Virus record (IMG/VR): IMGVR_UViG_3300048907_000144
DNA: 64,000 nucleotides
Strand: one strand, 5' to 3'
From: a virus
Part shown: one piece after another, positions 59,983-64,000 of the stretch
Layout of the letters: each line of letters opens with the position of its first letter
Numbering within the stretch: position 1 is the first letter of the stretch
The notes under the pieces: model-generated
Told to the model about the DNA's origin: nothing
Database searches by the model: none
The model's input: only the letters and a program-made list of their open reading frames with translations
Translations under genes and position numbers: made by a program

Positions 59983-60470
59983 TTCTTGTCCTCCCATTCG
60001 TGCCCAAGCAGCAGCATCACGACATGCTCTGCCCATTCGTTATTTCCGCCGCGCGAGCGCAGCCAGTCGTGCAGACTTTCCTTGTCGAGACAGGCGATGT
60101 CGACGCTCGCCGGGCGACCATCCACCAGCGCCCGCACAATGATTCCGGTGTTGTCGTCGAGGTGCAGGCGCGCCGGATCAGTCTTGAGAACTTTCATTCC
60201 CCCCCTCCATTGTTTCACGTTGGACGCAAAGAACTGTACGAACGCGACGAACCGCAAATTGCGCGCCATTCGTTTTTTGGTGGGATGGGCTAAACGCCAG
60301 CGCTTGGTGTATTCGGTATGGCAACGTCGGCACGCCCACCGTTTGCTCGCGCTGCCACCCCGCTTCTTAAAGCGAAGATTGTCTGGCGTGAGCGCATGCC
60401 CTTGAGGGCAGTGCGAGGGTGCCATGCTGCCCTCGCCGCGGGGCAGCGGCGGTCGTCCCCGTCGCTTCAT
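59979..60470 (-). CDS. AT-hook-like / HCPxGH zinc-finger protein fused in frame to a small phage protein
   Basis: KRRGRPP; SHCPQGHALTPDN...CRRC; internal GGAGG+ATG at 60197. Confidence 0.55.
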   Translation of the reverse strand: MKRRGRPPLPRGEGSMAPSHCPQGHALTPDNLRFKKRGGSASKRWACRRCHTEYTKRWRLAHPTKKRMARNLRFVAFVQFFASNVKQWRGGMKVLKTDPARLHLDDNTGIIVRALVDGRPASVDIACLDKESLHDWLRSRGGNNEWAEHVVMLLLGHEWEDKK

Positions 60471-60481
60471 CGGCACCGACG

Positions 60482-61474
60482 TCACAGCTCGTATTCCTTC
60501 TCGATCCGACCCCGTGCTAGGTCGCCGCGAGCATGCGGACTCCAAAAATAAACTCCGGATTTTCTTGTCTTAAAATGACCTCGGACGAAATGACCGCGCA
60601 TGGGCGTATGGTCGCCGCGGCTCTCGCCCAGCGCATACACGCGCTTTGCTTGCCGGTGCGCGATGTGCAGAACCTTGTGCTCGAACAACGGCAGCACCCC
60701 GCGCTTGCGCCGCGCCTTGTTGAGCCGGCTTAGATCGGTCTGGTGCAGGTCCACCGCATTGCGCGCATTGAGCAAGCCGATCACGGCGAGCAAATAGCTC
60801 GGCTCCCCCGCCCAGTCCGCCCGCGCCAGGGTGGCCATGGCCTCGTAGAACTCGCGCCAGCGATGCTTCGGAATGCCGATCGGCAGCGGCATGTCGTAAT
60901 CCGCCCGGCACGGATTCGTGTGCCGCAACATGGCGAGCTTGACGCTCTCGCTTGATTGCGTCCAACCAGGGTGCGGCCCGATATCCATGTTGAGCAGACC
61001 TTGGTCGGCCATGCGCTGCCGCTCCGCCCGCTCGTCCTCGACGCTCGGCAGCGCCTTTTCGGAAGTCAGTGGCGCAGTCATGTCGAAGTCCATGGCCAAC
61101 GACGCCGCCGAGCATTGTCCATTCGGGATCGACCACAGCATGTGCGCCCGCCACGCGCTCAGATCGTCGCGCGTCGCCGACAGCAAGTAGCCCACGCGGC
61201 GCGGCTGCACCTGAAAAGCCGGCGCGTGCATTTGCGCCGCCGAGAAATTCGGCCGCTCAATATGCACAAACTCAATCCAGGTCTCGCGGAACGGAAGCCG
61301 GCAGTGCTCGAACGCCCGCACCAGTCCGGTATAGTCGGAGGACAAGGCGTCCGCGACCGCAGCGCATTCTGCCGAGAGAACGAACTTTTGCGCCTTGCCT
61401 ATGCGCTCGATCACCGGCCCGACCAGCATGCCGCTTGCAGAGGCGCGATCGACCGCCAGCTCATCGCACAGCAT
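60482..61474 (-). CDS. conserved phage protein with C-terminal HxVRGH motif
   Basis: CRLPFRETWIE...MRGHFVRGHFKTRKSG...W. Confidence 0.7.
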   Translation of the reverse strand: MLCDELAVDRASASGMLVGPVIERIGKAQKFVLSAECAAVADALSSDYTGLVRAFEHCRLPFRETWIEFVHIERPNFSAAQMHAPAFQVQPRRVGYLLSATRDDLSAWRAHMLWSIPNGQCSAASLAMDFDMTAPLTSEKALPSVEDERAERQRMADQGLLNMDIGPHPGWTQSSESVKLAMLRHTNPCRADYDMPLPIGIPKHRWREFYEAMATLARADWAGEPSYLLAVIGLLNARNAVDLHQTDLSRLNKARRKRGVLPLFEHKVLHIAHRQAKRVYALGESRGDHTPMRGHFVRGHFKTRKSGVYFWSPHARGDLARGRIEKEYEL

Positions 61475-61727
61475 GGCGCGCTCCGATCGTGCGGCAGCGT
61501 GCCCGGCGGCGAGGTGGCGGCAGCTGCCGGCCACGCATGGCGGCCTCGGTGAGATCACGGATCGCCAGCGCCAGGATCAGACCGGGGTCCTTGGCCGCAC
61601 TGATCTTGCACGCGAGCGCAGTGCAGATCGCACGCGTTGAGATCGCCTCCCCCTCGGCCCCAGCGGGGGCCATCTCGCTGCAGAGCGCGAGCACAGCTCG
61701 GCTCAGGGCTATGAATTCGTCGTCCAT
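61461..61727 (-). CDS. hypothetical protein
   Basis: AAGGG RBS; ORF track. Confidence 0.55.
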   Translation of the reverse strand: MDDEFIALSRAVLALCSEMAPAGAEGEAISTRAICTALACKISAAKDPGLILALAIRDLTEAAMRGRQLPPPRRRARCRTIGARHAVR

Positions 61728-61728
61728 G

Positions 61729-62232
61729 TCAGTGTCCCTTTCCCTTCACTGGCAGCATTCCAACGAACCGCCCCTCCAAGCGGCCCACCCTGTCCAACAT
61801 CTTGAGCGGCTGCAGTCGCCCCGGCCCGTCTGGCCCTTCGGGGCGCTCGATCATCTGGCAGGCTGTGACATTGCCCTCGGCGTCCTCAGCCGAAAACCAC
61901 AGGCACTCTTGCCGCTTCGGATCGCGGCCAAGGTCCCTCCGGTGCTCAAATTCGTCAAAGTCCGCGTCACCCGGCTTGGCGCTTCGTATCCAGCTCTCGC
62001 ACATGAAAAGGCAGGCGACGGCGTCCAACCGCTTCATCGCCTCGCGCATGGCGAAAGCGACGATGTCCTTTTCGGGCCCGCTGCCCATGGGCGCAGCAAT
62101 GATGCCGTGCTCGCCGTTGGCGCAAACGACGTGCCAGAGCGGCCGCAGCTCACCGGTCTTCTCGAACATCTCCGCGGCCTTGGGCGCGGCGAACTCGATC
62201 AGCTCGCGCGCGGTGATGGGCGGCTTGCTCAT
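61729..62232 (-). CDS. conserved hypothetical protein
   Basis: MSKPPITA start; ATGA overlap. Confidence 0.65.
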   Translation of the reverse strand: MSKPPITARELIEFAAPKAAEMFEKTGELRPLWHVVCANGEHGIIAAPMGSGPEKDIVAFAMREAMKRLDAVACLFMCESWIRSAKPGDADFDEFEHRRDLGRDPKRQECLWFSAEDAEGNVTACQMIERPEGPDGPGRLQPLKMLDRVGRLEGRFVGMLPVKGKGH

Positions 62233-62402
62233 CGCTTGTCGTCTCCGTGCAGCACGCCGGCATCGACGAGGTGCTGCCAAACTTTCTTGGCCGCCGACTT
62301 CGATAGCGGCGTGCCTTTCTCGGAATGATCTGCGTCCAGCAACATGAGCACATGCAAGGCTTCCGCTTGCGGCAGGCTCAGCTCAATACGGCTATCGGTC
62401 AT
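62229..62402 (-). CDS. hypothetical protein
   Basis: Translated by hand: MTDSRIELSLPQAEALHVL...; GAGGAG RBS. Confidence 0.6.
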   Translation of the reverse strand: MTDSRIELSLPQAEALHVLMLLDADHSEKGTPLSKSAAKKVWQHLVDAGVLHGDDKR

Positions 62403-62541
62403 TGCAGCTCCTCGTCCTTTTCTGGTTCGAAGGCTCAGCCGACCGATTGAACTGCGATGGACAACCGGCCGGCCTCACCCCCGCTGCGGGTGCGGGCCGC
62501 AGCGTGAGCGGCACCACTGCGGATGCCGCCTGCGCTGCCGC

Positions 62542-62745
62542 CTACGCGAGCTTGTCTTCCAACGGCACGCTCCATGCCTTGGCGAGGTGCCGGGCATGAT
62601 TGCGCACCCCCGCGAGCGATCCGCCCGCGAGCTGCCGCTTGATAATCTCGACGTTGAAATAGCCGCCGGTAGCCATCGGCGAGTAGCCGCGCAGAACCAC
62701 TGACCCATCCTCCATTTTGAACAACTTGAACTTGGTCGGCTTCAT
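62542..62745 (-). CDS. hypothetical protein
   Basis: GAGGG RBS; MKPTKFKL. Confidence 0.6.
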   Translation of the reverse strand: MKPTKFKLFKMEDGSVVLRGYSPMATGGYFNVEIIKRQLAGGSLAGVRNHARHLAKAWSVPLEDKLA

Positions 62746-62824
62746 TTTTACCCTCTGGGGTGTTGGGGATGCTGCCGGGCTTGCAGAGCCCCGAGTGCCG
62801 GTCATCGCGCCCGTCCGGCTCAGC

Positions 62825-63013
62825 TCATTCGCACTCCCTCACCGGCCGCGCCCAATACAGAACCTCCAGATCGCGTTCCAACTCCTCGACCGCGTCCTGA
62901 TCGCGCTCGGCGTCGGCAAGGTCGAGCGCGATCTTGATTCGCTTCCTCTCCGCCGCCCATGCGAGCAGCTTGGCCTCATGCTCCGCGAAATCCGCGGGAC
63001 GATTCATAGTCAT
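62825..63013 (-). CDS. hypothetical protein
   Basis: GAGGG RBS; ATGA overlap. Confidence 0.55.
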   Translation of the reverse strand: MTMNRPADFAEHEAKLLAWAAERKRIKIALDLADAERDQDAVEELERDLEVLYWARPVRECE

Positions 63014-63264
63014 TGGTCCCTCACTCGCTCGATCTCGTTCAATGCCAGCTCGCTCAGCCAGCCAGAATCTTCCCACTGGATCACCACGGTGCGGCTCCAG
63101 TGGATCGCTTGCACCCGCCCGATATGACGCCCGTCGCGCTCGCGAACGCGGTCGCCGCAACTCAGCTTCATCCAATCGCCCGCACCGACGCGCGAGCGGC
63201 TGATCGGGCCCAAGCCCGCCTCGCGGCGGAATTGCGCGTTCGGGGATTCAACTACCGTCCTCAT
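63010..63264 (-). CDS. small SH3/KOW-like hypothetical protein
   Basis: GDRVRERDGRHIGRV...VIQWEDSG; start uncertain. Confidence 0.5.
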   Translation of the reverse strand: MRTVVESPNAQFRREAGLGPISRSRVGAGDWMKLSCGDRVRERDGRHIGRVQAIHWSRTVVIQWEDSGWLSELALNEIERVRDQ

Positions 63265-63455
63265 GTCCAGCCCTCCTCTTCCATCAAGTCCGCTTCGGCA
63301 CGCTCCTGATCGAGCCGCTGCAGGTCGGCGATTGCTTCCGCTTCCGTTGCACCCCAGCCAGCGTGAAGTTCATCGCCGTCGTAGTGGGCGACCCAGTCGA
63401 AGCGCCGATCTGAGATCGGCGGACAGACGTTCCGCGTGATTAGTTTTTGATCCAT
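63261..63455 (-). CDS. hypothetical protein
   Basis: PPISDRRFDWVA...GWGATEAEAIADL, a motif common in phage small proteins. Confidence 0.65.
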   Translation of the reverse strand: MDQKLITRNVCPPISDRRFDWVAHYDGDELHAGWGATEAEAIADLQRLDQERAEADLMEEEGWT

Positions 63456-63457
63456 GA

Positions 63458-64000
63458 TCACCACCCATATTTGCCGGCGCAGATCGGCCCGATGCCGCGC
63501 TCGATTGAACCGTCGTTGGTCAGCTCGCGTCCACACACTGCGCAAGCGGACCACTTCTGGCCGTAAGCCAGCGCCGCCTTGAGCGGATCGGTGCAAGCGT
63601 CGAGGATCGCTGCCTCCTGCGCATCGGTGCAAGCGAACCGGCGCGTGAACTTGCCGTTCTTGACCGAGCCGAGCTTCTCGCCGTTGGCGCCAGCCTCGCG
63701 CACGAAGATCATGCCGTCCCATTGCGAGCCCGGTGAACCCGGCGAAAACGAAAGGCTGTGCTCGCCAGACTGGAGGCGGAGGTGCAGGCGCTTGATGCCC
63801 ATCGCACCCGCCTTGCGGGCCTTGGCCTTCGCCTTGTCAAAAGCAGCCTCCAGCTTGGAAACGTCGACCGCTGGAGCTGCGGCCTCGCGAGCTGCGCGCT
63901 CGGCGTCCCGCGCTGCATTGCGCTCGGCGTCCCGCGCCATGAGCTTGCGCACCGCGGCGAGCTGATTGTCGGTCAAGGCCAAGTAGCGATTGACCGCGTT
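63458..64000 (-). CDS. DUF6011-like zinc-finger protein, 5'-truncated
   Basis: CAVCGRELTNDGSIERGIGPICA; frame open to the window end. Confidence 0.8.
   Translation of the reverse strand, partial: NAVNRYLALTDNQLAAVRKLMARDAERNAARDAERAAREAAAPAVDVSKLEAAFDKAKAKARKAGAMGIKRLHLRLQSGEHSLSFSPGSPGSQWDGMIFVREAGANGEKLGSVKNGKFTRRFACTDAQEAAILDACTDPLKAALAYGQKWSACAVCGRELTNDGSIERGIGPICAGKYGW

Noticed and set aside
1-64000. CRISPR array, rRNA, integrase/att site, cos site
   Set aside because: No regularly spaced repeats or recognisable sequences seen; lifestyle (temperate or lytic) cannot be decided from this window

Overview
The whole 64-kb window is phage DNA: a GC-rich tailed phage or prophage, most likely of a soil alphaproteobacterium (Hyphomicrobiales-like, inferred from the gene families and not proven). 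No host genes, integrase, replisome, tRNA or CRISPR array are visible. Bases 1-5.9 kb carry tightly packed small + strand genes. These converge on one very long - strand unit. Read in transcription direction (64 kb down to 5.8 kb), it contains: small early/accessory genes; an intrinsic terminator; a NusG-family antiterminator; terminase; DUF1073-type portal; a 1110-aa MuF-family head protein; DUF2213-type protease/scaffold; cement protein; DUF2184-type major capsid; neck genes; a P2-like contractile-tail set (V, W, J, I, fibres, sheath, two tube paralogs, chaperone, tape measure, U, X, D); a fibre/accessory block; and lysis genes. Four free-standing homing-type endonucleases are inserted in the structural operon. 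The strongest novelty candidates are: (1) the MuF protein fused to a HipA/PI3-4-kinase-like domain and a C-terminal ADP-ribosyltransferase, flanked by an MbcA/ParS/Xre-like mini-protein and an acidic mini-protein (a candidate head-packaged dual-toxin effector with antidotes, possibly cut out at Asp-Ala motifs by the prohead protease); (2) a FkbM-methyltransferase/TPR/GT9-like glycosyltransferase fusion beside a Ser/Thr-rich repeat fibre (candidate virion glycosylation); and (3) repeated sharing of modules between virion proteins (one domain in both sheath and head cement, one 23-aa repeat in both fibre and baseplate GpI, one Zn motif in both MuF and a neck protein). All family assignments come from motif recognition by eye; no database search was run.
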